Source: a virus
Lineage: Duplodnaviria; Caudoviricetes
IMG/VR virus record: IMGVR_UViG_3300033407_000095
Coordinates: 1 to 29,066 of that record
DNA: 29,066 nt
Direction: 5' to 3' (one strand)
The translations under genes and the position numbers were made by a program. Within the stretch, counting starts at the first letter, position 1, and each line of letters starts with the position of its first letter. Below the pieces are notes generated by a model, which saw nothing but the letters and a program-made list of their open reading frames with translations, had not been told where the DNA came from and did not search any database. Of the stretch, positions 17,887 to 25,638 are shown one piece after another.

Positions 17887-19347
17887 CTAGTGAAGTCCGT
17901 AGCCGAATTGCCCACGATCGGGCTGCACGTCCGGCTCCTCGAAGTCGTCAAAATCGCCTGCCACGGGCCCAAGTGCGTCGTCCATGCCGCTCGGAAGCGG
18001 CGAGTAGACACAGGCGTAAGAGGCACTGTCGTGCCAGTGGTCGGGGCCGCCCTTTTTCGGCGCCTCGGGCTCCTCGTCGTCCACGCCGAGCGCTGGGATG
18101 GTTGACGTGGCCATCACGCACGTGCGAAAAAACATGATCCCCGGGCGGCCGTTGTACCCCCGCTGGCTCAGCCGCTTAATCATCTGCGCGGCGGCCATGC
18201 GGCGTCCCTTGGTGGCCTTTTTCCAGTAAACGCCCTCCATGGCCATGTCGTCGGCCATGGTGCGACCGCGGTGACCGCGCTCCTCCCACAATTGGTTGTC
18301 CATGGGACCCGTGAGAGCCGAGCAGTCGTTCACGCGGTTCCACTCGCCGGCTGCGAGCTCGATGTCCTTGATCTCCTTCGCCACCTGCGAGGCGTCGAGC
18401 CGTCGTCGTGCCTTTTCACCGTTGAAAGTGCGCTCCCGGTAGCAAATCAGCTCACCATCGGGCGAGACCGCCCACCAGTGGATCGCACATTCCTTGCGAT
18501 ACCCCCAGTCACCCGAGCGAAAGCGTCGCCAGCCGCGCGGAATCGGGAACGGATCGATCACGACGATGTCCGGATCCCACAAATCGGCGTAGAACGACCC
18601 GGCAACCACGTACCAATCGCCGTTGAGCAGCGCCGCGCGGATGTGGCGCGGCTTTGCCCGCAGCTCGACCTCGTATTGGCGACGGAAGGCGGCGTTTGGG
18701 TTGTCCTTCAACAGCGCGGGGAGAAAAATCCGCGTGTGCCACTCCTCGCTTCCGTCCTCGAGGATGATCTTCTTGCGGATGATGGTGTTGCCGTCGCGAC
18801 AGGGCTCGACGAAGTAGTCACGAACCCAGTTCGGGTACGGGTTGCTCATTGCTCGGCGCTTGAGCATCTTGCTCAACACCCGGTCGTCGGTGCGAACACG
18901 CGAACACAGGTAATGCCAGGCGTCGGCGTCCTCGATCTCGGTCACCTCGTCGACGGCCATGTGCGTGAACTCGGCCGACTGGTAGTTGAGGAAGGTATCG
19001 CGGTCCTTGAGGTGGCCGAACATGAACCTGTAGCCGCTACTCAGGGTCCAAATCTTGTCGTTCTCGTCCCACTTGGCGCCCGGATCCATACGCGGAAACC
19101 ACATCTTGGACCGGTGGATCGTCTCCCTCAGACGCGGAAACTCTCGGCGAAAGTGGATTGCCGCTCCTGGTGCCTGTCCCCAGCGAAACTCGCCCGCCTC
19201 ACACCGGGCGTGCTGGACGGCGATCTGCTCGTCCGGGTCGTGGAGAAGGACGATGGATTTCCCGCCCCCGGCGGAACCGCCCCCGAGGGTCTCTCTCGCC
19301 GCGCAAGCGTGGTAGCGGCGCCCCCATGGGCTCGGCTCGTAGATCAC
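17887..19347 (-). CDS. terL: Terminase large subunit, 486 aa
   Basis: Start moved to GTG 19347 (GTGA overlap); Walker A GGSAGGGKS, Walker B HMAVDE, coupling motif MSNP, nuclease SGDWG and DHWHDSASY. Confidence 0.95.
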   Translation of the reverse strand: MIYEPSPWGRRYHACAARETLGGGSAGGGKSIVLLHDPDEQIAVQHARCEAGEFRWGQAPGAAIHFRREFPRLRETIHRSKMWFPRMDPGAKWDENDKIWTLSSGYRFMFGHLKDRDTFLNYQSAEFTHMAVDEVTEIEDADAWHYLCSRVRTDDRVLSKMLKRRAMSNPYPNWVRDYFVEPCRDGNTIIRKKIILEDGSEEWHTRIFLPALLKDNPNAAFRRQYEVELRAKPRHIRAALLNGDWYVVAGSFYADLWDPDIVVIDPFPIPRGWRRFRSGDWGYRKECAIHWWAVSPDGELICYRERTFNGEKARRRLDASQVAKEIKDIELAAGEWNRVNDCSALTGPMDNQLWEERGHRGRTMADDMAMEGVYWKKATKGRRMAAAQMIKRLSQRGYNGRPGIMFFRTCVMATSTIPALGVDDEEPEAPKKGGPDHWHDSASYACVYSPLPSGMDDALGPVAGDFDDFEEPDVQPDRGQFGYGLH

Positions 19348-19826
19348 GGCAGGACCTCGAGCCGCGAGACGTGGGCCACGACGTTCATGACCGTGCCGTC
19401 GTCGGCAAACCGCACGCTGACCGTGTCGTCGGCCGCCGTGATCGCGAACGACAGCGTGACCCCCGGGCCGCCGGTGTCTTTGTCCCAAAGGCTCGTGGGC
19501 GAACCTATCTGAAGAGGGTCGGCCGCTCCCGCTCGATAGAAGGTCGCCTCCTGACCAAGCCCATACGCCTCGGGACCGGAAGGCGAGAACGCCACCACCT
19601 CTACTACCAGTGTGAGCATGCTGTCTTCCGGCATGCTGTCGCTCGTCCACAGGGTCTCCGCCGAGCCTGTACCTGACGTGGTGAGCGTCACGCGCTCGAC
19701 GTATTTGGCGTTCAATGCCTTGCGCGCCTGCCTGAGCAGCGGCGCCGCCTCTTTGTTTACCCACGCCTCGAAGTCGCCGTCTTTTACGGCTCGGTCACTC
19801 ACTCCCTGCGATACGCTGACCTTCAC
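19344..19826 (-). CDS. Hypothetical protein, 160 aa, N-terminal helix plus beta-sandwich-like domain
   Basis: GTGA coupling on both sides; Thr/Ser/Val-rich strands like a virion protein. Confidence 0.75.
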   Translation of the reverse strand: MKVSVSQGVSDRAVKDGDFEAWVNKEAAPLLRQARKALNAKYVERVTLTTSGTGSAETLWTSDSMPEDSMLTLVVEVVAFSPSGPEAYGLGQEATFYRAGAADPLQIGSPTSLWDKDTGGPGVTLSFAITAADDTVSVRFADDGTVMNVVAHVSRLEVLP

Positions 19827-20212
19827 TCGCGTCCGCTCCTACCTCGGAGGGTGGCGCGGATGGCGTCGGCGAGCTCACGGCGTACGCCTTTTGTTGCCGG
19901 CGTGGGAGGCGGGCCGGCGATCCACGCCACGCGGTCAGGCTCGCGCATGTCCCGCCAGTCCTTCACTCCGTACTCACCGAGCGCGAGTCGTAGCGCGCGG
20001 TCGGCTTCGTAAACCACGCGCGCGATCTGGATTTCGGCCATGGGGGCCGGCTTGTCGAGTTGCCAACCGTTGGGGTTCCAGGGCGCGTACTGCAGATCAC
20101 GGCGGTCCAAGCGCACGACGCGCACGCCGTCGGCGCGGGTTTCGAGCCACCCGAGCTGGCCGTCACGGCGGCTGCGAACGCGCAGGCCGTCTTGCCATTC
20201 GAGCTGACTCAT
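19823..20212 (-). CDS. Hypothetical protein, 129 aa (MSQLEWQDGLRV...)
   Basis: ATG 20212 in ATGA overlap with purine-rich RBS; coupled downstream. Confidence 0.7.
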   Translation of the reverse strand: MSQLEWQDGLRVRSRRDGQLGWLETRADGVRVVRLDRRDLQYAPWNPNGWQLDKPAPMAEIQIARVVYEADRALRLALGEYGVKDWRDMREPDRVAWIAGPPPTPATKGVRRELADAIRATLRGRSGRE

Positions 20213-20394
20213 GCTCCGTCTCCAGGGTGCTTCCCTGCGTCCGGGCAGCACCATTCCAGTACCGGACCGACCAACGGCACTGGTTTGGCGTCAGGGCACA
20301 CCGTGCACTGGACGAACACTTTCCCGCTCGGCGGCTCCTCGTGATAGTCCGCAACGAGTCCGCCGAGAACCTCTTGCCATTCGAGTTGGCTCAC
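20209..20394 (-). CDS. Small Cys-rich hypothetical protein, 61 aa (MSQLEWQEVLGG...)
   Basis: GTG 20394 in GTGA overlap; CTVC...WCC...H. Confidence 0.6.
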   Translation of the reverse strand: MSQLEWQEVLGGLVADYHEEPPSGKVFVQCTVCPDAKPVPLVGPVLEWCCPDAGKHPGDGA

Positions 20395-20567
20395 GCGGCC
20401 CCCAGTTGCTGCAGGATCCAGCGCGCCTTTATCTCCTCCCGAACCCTGTCGGGAAGGTCGTTCAAGCGCCACACGCGCTGAAACTTCCCCTGACGGCCGC
20501 GCTTCTCGTCGCGGTCGATAGCCGCAAGCACGGCCAGGCGGGTCTCTTTGTCGAACCAGTCGGTCAC
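20391..20567 (-). CDS. Hypothetical protein, 58 aa (MTDWFDKETRL...)
   Basis: GTG 20567 in GTGA overlap; coupled on both sides. Confidence 0.6.
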   Translation of the reverse strand: MTDWFDKETRLAVLAAIDRDEKRGRQGKFQRVWRLNDLPDRVREEIKARWILQQLGAA

Positions 20568-20890
20568 CTCAGCCACTCCGGTAGCTTCGAGTGGGCCATG
20601 TACTGCGCCGCGCGCGCCCCCATCTCGTGCGGGTTGCGCCGGTATCCCCTGCGCATGGCCCACAGGTAGCTCAGCCAGTAGCCGACCACCCAGCGGTGGA
20701 AATCCTCGCGCCACATGGCGTGGGCGAACTCGTGGACGCGCAGGTACTGACTCGGAAGGCCGCGATACAGGATGACGTGGCAGAAGGGAAGGGCGAGATA
20801 CATGCCGTCGAAGCGAAACGGGAGCCACCGGACGACCAGCTCAAGTGCGCGTAGGCGCAGCGGCGGACGCGGCTCGCGGAGGATGGTCAA
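20564..20890 (-). CDS. Small HExxH zincin-like protein, 108 aa
   Basis: TTG 20890 in TTGA overlap with GGAGG RBS; RVHEFAH followed by GYRRNPHE (third-ligand Glu pattern of minimal gluzincins). Confidence 0.65.
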   Translation of the reverse strand: MTILREPRPPLRLRALELVVRWLPFRFDGMYLALPFCHVILYRGLPSQYLRVHEFAHAMWREDFHRWVVGYWLSYLWAMRRGYRRNPHEMGARAAQYMAHSKLPEWLR

Positions 20891-21288
20891 GCCGTCCTCC
20901 AACTGTATTCGCACCATCCGCCGTCCAGAGCTGCGTCTTTGGCGTTGCGCTGGTATCTCACCCACCCGATCGGCACGTCCTGGAAGCGAGGATCGCACTG
21001 CATGGCCACGCTCCATTCCGCGGGCACTGCCTTGCTGACCTCGTCCGCGCTGGCTTCTTTGTTTTCGAGCAGCCACGCCGTAGCGCGAAGGGACTTCCAT
21101 ATCAGTTCATCGGCCTGGTTTTCGAGCCACGTCGGGGAGCGCTCTGGAATCTCGCTCCAGGGAGAAAACTGGCCAGAGAGCGCTACGGAAATGCCGTATT
21201 CCTTCCCCTCTGGAGTCACAAGAAGGCCCTGTCTGTGCGCAGTCCCCTGCACGTTGGACGTGCGAAGGAAAGCACGATAGCAGGTCAA
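20887..21288 (-). CDS. Hypothetical protein, about 133 aa
   Basis: TTG 21288 in TTGA overlap with GAGGTG RBS; visibly lower GC than its neighbours. Confidence 0.65.
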   Translation of the reverse strand: MTCYRAFLRTSNVQGTAHRQGLLVTPEGKEYGISVALSGQFSPWSEIPERSPTWLENQADELIWKSLRATAWLLENKEASADEVSKAVPAEWSVAMQCDPRFQDVPIGWVRYQRNAKDAALDGGWCEYSWRTA

Positions 21289-21503
21289 GCCGAGCACCTC
21301 GGCGAGCAACGTGGGCAGGGACACGAGATATTGCAAAACTTGGCGTTCGGGTTGTCGCGAAAAAAGCCCGCTATCAAGCAACCCTGGCCGTCGTATGTGG
21401 TCCTTCCGGCGCCCGTGATCCGAGTCTCGTAACGCCGAATCTCCTCGGGCGACCCGGTGATCGTCTCTGTCGTTCCGTCGGGGTGGCGAATCACTTTTCT
21501 CAC
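21285..21503 (-). CDS. Small protein with Cys-rich C-terminus, 72 aa
   Basis: GTGA overlap, RBS AGGAGG; CNISCPCPRCSPRC. Confidence 0.7.
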   Translation of the reverse strand: MRKVIRHPDGTTETITGSPEEIRRYETRITGAGRTTYDGQGCLIAGFFRDNPNAKFCNISCPCPRCSPRCSA

Positions 21504-21685
21504 GCCGCCTCCTTCTCTAAGGCGTCACGCCACCGGACGATCTGCACGTCGCCATCGAGCGTGGTCAGGCTCCGGTGCGGCACCTCCGGCTGGTGGTCGG
21601 CGCCGAGGTAGCACCGCGAGGGCTTGCCCAGCAGCTTCGCCGTGGGGTGAAGCGCGAGGCAGAGGCCGGTGCGCGCGTCGCTCAC
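21500..21685 (-). CDS. Hypothetical protein, 61 aa (MSDARTGLCLALHP...)
   Basis: GTG 21685 in GTGA overlap; fills the gap between coupled genes exactly. Confidence 0.55.
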   Translation of the reverse strand: MSDARTGLCLALHPTAKLLGKPSRCYLGADHQPEVPHRSLTTLDGDVQIVRWRDALEKEAA

Positions 21686-22587
21686 TCGACCGGCCTCGGG
21701 CCGCCGCCCCAGTATTCGATCTCGCCGTCGATACTCATCGCCTCCGGGTCGGTGACCCAAATGTTCGTGCCCGCGATTTGCGGCGTGCTGTAGTGGTCGT
21801 TGTAGACCTCGAGGCCGGCATACAGCACCTCCTCGCTGCCGGGGCCGTTCCACACGTAGTGCGGGATCGGGCCGACGTCTCGGGTGATGTTGCACGAAGG
21901 ACCGGGCCCCAACGTTCCGTTGATCGAGCCGAGAAACCGTGTGTCGACAGTGCCGCGGAACGAGTAGAGATAGGCGCTTACCTGCGTGCTCGAAGGTCCC
22001 TCTCCAAACGGTAGGACGGTGACCTCGCACTGCATGTTCGACGACCCGCCCCCCCAGCGAAACCCCATCGAATTAAATCCCGTGCCATCCCAGGGTGCGC
22101 CGCCGGCGAGCTGGCTGTCGCACGACAGGAGCACCCATTCATAGAACGGGACGCACGGGTAATTCAGGTCGCCGACGCTGATGCAAATGTCATCGCCGTT
22201 TGCCAGGACCCACCGCTTTATCACCGATACTCTCGCTCGAGAGGTGGCGTGGGTGACTCCGCTATAGGGGTTGATGGATGAGGCGCTGACCTGGTCCACC
22301 TCCATGTGCACGCGGTAGGTAGCGCGCACGGCATGCCCGAAGATGTGCTCGTCGACGACACGGGGGTCGTGCCACTCCGTTTCCAGGCGCGCGTAGGTGT
22401 AGAGGTGCAGGTCGGCGGCGTCGCGAGGGTAGCCCTCGAGCGCGCACGGGTCGGTCAGCGCCCTGGTCACGGCCTCGACCGGCTCATCCTGTGGCGGCAG
22501 GTGCTGCGGGCCCCGGAGGGGGGAGGGGGCACAGGCGAAACACGCGACACCGAGCGCCGCCACCAACATCGCAAGCCGCTTCAGCAT
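21682..22587 (-). CDS. Predicted lipoprotein/exported protein, about 301 aa
   Basis: Signal peptide MLKRLAMLVAALGVACFA-C; beta-rich mature part with several Cys; alternative GTG start at 22593. Confidence 0.75.
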   Translation of the reverse strand: MLKRLAMLVAALGVACFACAPSPLRGPQHLPPQDEPVEAVTRALTDPCALEGYPRDAADLHLYTYARLETEWHDPRVVDEHIFGHAVRATYRVHMEVDQVSASSINPYSGVTHATSRARVSVIKRWVLANGDDICISVGDLNYPCVPFYEWVLLSCDSQLAGGAPWDGTGFNSMGFRWGGGSSNMQCEVTVLPFGEGPSSTQVSAYLYSFRGTVDTRFLGSINGTLGPGPSCNITRDVGPIPHYVWNGPGSEEVLYAGLEVYNDHYSTPQIAGTNIWVTDPEAMSIDGEIEYWGGGPRPVE

Positions 22588-22700
22588 GGCCACACGTTGC
22601 CATATGTGGCGATACGCTACAAGGCATTACGTTACCATGGGTCGCCACTGCTCGAACGCGCAGCGTTGACCAGCGGGGGCAGGAGACCCAGGATGCCGGC

Positions 22701-23084
22701 ATGCGAAGGCTGGTACTCGTTGCGGCTCTGACGGCGGCGTGCGTGGGTGGACCGGAGACCCCCACCATCGGACGGTGGAACATGGAGGGCTGCCCTCAGA
22801 TCGACAGCGGCGTCTACCTGCGCGAGCTCGAGGTCTGCCAGGCCACCGACGTGCGCGAAGTGTACATGGGCGGGGACGGCGCCTGGGATACGGGCTGCGT
22901 GGTGGTCGACAGCCGCCGGAGAGGCGACACCTGCTCGAGGGACGTCACCCTGGAGTGCCCGGGGCGGACCTACGTCGGGCGCGTCACGGTGCCGGCCGCG
23001 GGGCTGCTGCTGTTCGAAGGCGACGTGCTGACGGACCAGACGTGCCGGGGCAGCGTCACGCTCACGTGGCTTCGGCCGCTGTAG
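22701..23084 (+). CDS. Predicted Cys-rich lipoprotein, 127 aa
   Basis: Start moved to ATG 22701: MRRLVLVAALTAA-C lipobox; six further Cys; divergent from the 301-aa lipoprotein gene. Confidence 0.75.
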   Translation: MRRLVLVAALTAACVGGPETPTIGRWNMEGCPQIDSGVYLRELEVCQATDVREVYMGGDGAWDTGCVVVDSRRRGDTCSRDVTLECPGRTYVGRVTVPAAGLLLFEGDVLTDQTCRGSVTLTWLRPL

Positions 23085-23388
23085 AGCGGACTTCGGCGAT
23101 CCGGTCGACGCAACGTAGGCAGAGCACGAACTCGCCAACGTCCATCACCAGGTTTCCTTTTCCCTCCATCACCAGCAGACCACCTATTCCCTTTAGTACC
23201 GGGCGGTCGCACCCGCTGCACCACTCGTCGCCGTCGGCCGCTCGCAGGCCGATGTGTTGGTCCGGGTCGTAGCCGATGGTCGTGCTCATGCGGCTACGGT
23301 ACGACCTTCGCTGACCAGCCGTCGTCGACCATTCGGACGGCGCAGCGACAATAGCCGGGGCCGACCACGTGATGAACGTTCGCGTCAC
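23062..23388 (-). CDS. Zn-finger-like hypothetical protein, up to 108 aa
   Basis: GTGA overlap; CSGC...CLRC; alternative ATG at 23289. Confidence 0.6.
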   Translation of the reverse strand: MTRTFITWSAPAIVAAPSEWSTTAGQRRSYRSRMSTTIGYDPDQHIGLRAADGDEWCSGCDRPVLKGIGGLLVMEGKGNLVMDVGEFVLCLRCVDRIAEVRSTAAEAT

Positions 23389-24101
23389 TCCTCATCGTCG
23401 ATGACAGGGTAGCTCACGTTGTTCTGCACGTACACCGTCCCCACGTTCAGCACCGGCGCGGGCCTGTCCTGCCCCGCCTCCTTCCGGCTGCGCCACTCGC
23501 AAATGCGCACGGCGTCGGCAAGGTACCCGGGCTGCTGCTTCTTCGAGAGCCGCCCGTCCTTGGCCACCTGCTTGCGCCCCCAGGCCGGCCACCGCTGCCC
23601 GTCCACCGGCTGTCCCTCGTCGTCGATGCTGGCCGACAGAACGTAGCTTCGGACAATCTCGGCCGCCCGTAGCTGTACCTGGCTGTCGATCTCCCGCATG
23701 CGCTCCAGGCGCCGCTCCTGGGAGGCCTTGCGCTTTACGGCCAGCGCTTGCTTCGGGGACGTCGTTGTGTCTTGCGGCAAAAGATGGGGGGGTGTCGATT
23801 TTGGGGGGAGGGGTGCCGTAGACGTTGACGCCCCCGTGCCCCCCCTGGGCCCCCTAGGCCCGGACTCGAGGGCAGGGGTGGGGGACTTCATCAGCGCGTG
23901 CACCGCGCGGGCCTCGTCGCTCGCGTCAACCTCGTCGTCTCGGCTGGTAGTAGGGATACCACCCACGGCAGCGTCAATGATATCGCGAGGTTGCGGCTCG
24001 ATGGTCGAGGGAGTATCTACAGTACTCACTCGCGGGGCATCGTCCGGTGCGTCACCCGTGGTTTCGCTGGGGGGTGCCCCTGGGTTTCGCTCGCTGGGCA
24101 T
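23385..24101 (-). CDS. Hypothetical protein, 238 aa; candidate terminase small subunit
   Basis: TGATG-coupled; disordered N-half, basic helical core, C-terminal beta strand APVLNVGTVYVQNN reminiscent of TerS oligomerisation tails; function inferred only. Confidence 0.45.
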   Translation of the reverse strand: MPSERNPGAPPSETTGDAPDDAPRVSTVDTPSTIEPQPRDIIDAAVGGIPTTSRDDEVDASDEARAVHALMKSPTPALESGPRGPRGGTGASTSTAPLPPKSTPPHLLPQDTTTSPKQALAVKRKASQERRLERMREIDSQVQLRAAEIVRSYVLSASIDDEGQPVDGQRWPAWGRKQVAKDGRLSKKQQPGYLADAVRICEWRSRKEAGQDRPAPVLNVGTVYVQNNVSYPVIDDEE

Positions 24102-24454
24102 CACCGGGGTTCGGGCGGGGGAGAGGAAGGCGGTGGCGAGCCAATCTCGCTCGCCTTATTCCGGTTCCAGGCGCTCACGAATTGGCGGATAGCCTGCAGC
24201 TGCAACTCGTCCGAGGCGCCGCAGTGCGGGCACGGCTGCTGTGCCAGGGAGGCGGTGAATATCTCTCGGCTGACCGCGCCGCAAATCAGACACCTGCTCC
24301 ACCCCGCCTCACGCCTCGTCTCGTAGTCAATCACGGCCTGAATCAGGTCTTCCGCCATCTTCGCCCCGGCGCAGAAGTCCGCGTTGCTGGCCCGCTCTCG
24401 AATCCGCCTGATGGCGCGCTGGGTGTTGCGCAGGTAAATCGCTGGTTCGGTCAT
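24101..24454 (-). CDS. Zn-ribbon protein, 117 aa, weak Lar-like C-terminal pattern
   Basis: ATG 24454 in ATGA overlap; CLIC...PCPHCG...SAWNR. Confidence 0.65.
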   Translation of the reverse strand: MTEPAIYLRNTQRAIRRIRERASNADFCAGAKMAEDLIQAVIDYETRREAGWSRCLICGAVSREIFTASLAQQPCPHCGASDELQLQAIRQFVSAWNRNKASEIGSPPPSSPPPEPR

Positions 24455-24699
24455 GGCTCTCGCGGCTCTCCGCCCTTTGTCTCTACCATCCCGAGCATCC
24501 CGGGCAGGTCGGCTGGGAGCCACGTGATTTCAGCACCATCCGCACCGGTCTCCCGGACTGTTGCTGCCGCCGCCGCGTACATCGCCACGTGCTTGCCGCA
24601 CATCGTCCCTGACGGGTCAGTGGCGTGTTCGCTGCAGTTCGGGTAGCGGCACAGCTTGTCGCGCTCGCTCTCGAACCAGTCGACCAGGGATAGGCTCAT
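24451..24699 (-). CDS. Hypothetical protein with C-x4-C...C-x2-H motif, 82 aa
   Basis: ATGA coupling on both sides. Confidence 0.65.
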   Translation of the reverse strand: MSLSLVDWFESERDKLCRYPNCSEHATDPSGTMCGKHVAMYAAAAATVRETGADGAEITWLPADLPGMLGMVETKGGEPREP

Positions 24700-24959
24700 C
24701 CGCCAACCTCACCGGCTTCGATGGCGTCCGCGAGCCTGACCAGCACTCGCATCGCCGCGATGTTCTTCGGCTGCGACGCCCAGGCTCGAATGGTCGCCAC
24801 GGTCAGGCGGCGGCTGATGGAGTCCGCCTCTCTCTCGTCCTCCTCCGACCATCCCGGGTGCGGCCAAGACACCGACTCCGGCCATTGGTCATCGCTCACC
24901 TGCGTTCCGCCCGAAGCGGTATCCGCGGTCCGGGCCGCCTTCTCGTCGGGCGGGGTCAC
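24696..24959 (-). CDS. Hypothetical protein, up to 87 aa
   Basis: GTG 24959 in GTGA overlap; a later GTG (VSDDQW) is also possible. Confidence 0.55.
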   Translation of the reverse strand: MTPPDEKAARTADTASGGTQVSDDQWPESVSWPHPGWSEEDEREADSISRRLTVATIRAWASQPKNIAAMRVLVRLADAIEAGEVGG

Positions 24960-25213
24960 GACCACCACCCCGCGTACTTGCCGAACCACCAAATGCCGGC
25001 AGCGTAGACGGCGAGCATCGACCAGATGATTGCGTTCGCCTCTTTGGCCTCGACGTGGTCCTTGAGGATCTTTGCCGCCGACTGGCGCATCGACTCGCGC
25101 TCCTCACTGAGCCACCTCGGCTCCTCGATGTGACCGTGCCGGTACAGCCACTCGTCGGCCACCATCCCTGCGTGAATCTCAGCCCTCGCGTCGGCCATTT
25201 CCTTCATGGTCAT
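24956..25213 (-). CDS. Small membrane protein with C-terminal transmembrane helix, 83-85 aa
   Basis: IIWSMLAVYAAGIWWFG hydrophobic helix; first gene behind a predicted leftward promoter; ATG at 25213 or 25207. Confidence 0.7.
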   Translation of the reverse strand: MTMKEMADARAEIHAGMVADEWLYRHGHIEEPRWLSEERESMRQSAAKILKDHVEAKEANAIIWSMLAVYAAGIWWFGKYAGWWS

Positions 25214-25220
25214 TCCCTCA

Positions 25221-25250
25221 AAGCTAAGTCGTCAGGACCTGTCGTGGCAA
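25221..25250 (-). promoter_or_regulatory. Predicted sigma70-type promoter for the leftward accessory genes
   Basis: TTGCCA (25250-25245), 18-nt spacer, TAGCTT (25226-25221); ATG at 25213 falls at about +1. Confidence 0.55.
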
Positions 25251-25279
25251 GCGTGTTTTCCGCTACAATTGTCTCCGGG

Positions 25280-25543
25280 ATGCATCAACAGGGTCGCGCG
25301 AACACGTCACGCTACGTCACAACGGGGGACTTGGCCGCCTACCTGGGCGTGCACTATCGCACCGTGATGTCGTGGCTCCACTCGGGGGCGTTGCGCGGCG
25401 AGCACTGGCAGACGCGCCACTACACCGATGAGCGTCCGCGCAAGACCAAGCTTGGCCGGTGGAGGATCCACGAGGCCGACCTGGCCGACTTCCTGTGGCG
25501 GATGCGCGCGCGCCCCTATGCTGGGCGCTGGCGTCGAGGTTGA
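25280..25543 (+). CDS. Excisionase-like / MerR-type winged HTH DNA-binding protein, 87 aa
   Basis: Start moved to ATG 25280; YVTTGDLAAYLGVHYRTVMSWLHSGAL...GRWRIHEADLADFL is the HTH_17/Xis pattern; TACAAT at 25264-25269 upstream. Confidence 0.8.
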   Translation: MHQQGRANTSRYVTTGDLAAYLGVHYRTVMSWLHSGALRGEHWQTRHYTDERPRKTKLGRWRIHEADLADFLWRMRARPYAGRWRRG

Positions 25544-25638
25544 CCGATCTTCCCGGATTCTGGTCTGTCTGATCCTCTGGGATCGGGGAAGTTATACTCG
25601 GCAACCTGTCCCTACGTGACTATACTATTTTTCGAGAA

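Noticed and set aside
21682-23084. Lysis cassette (spanins/holin) interpretation of the lipoproteins and membrane peptides
   Set aside because: No endolysin nearby, no nested or adjacent i-spanin coiled-coil gene, and the lipoproteins are beta-rich and divergently oriented
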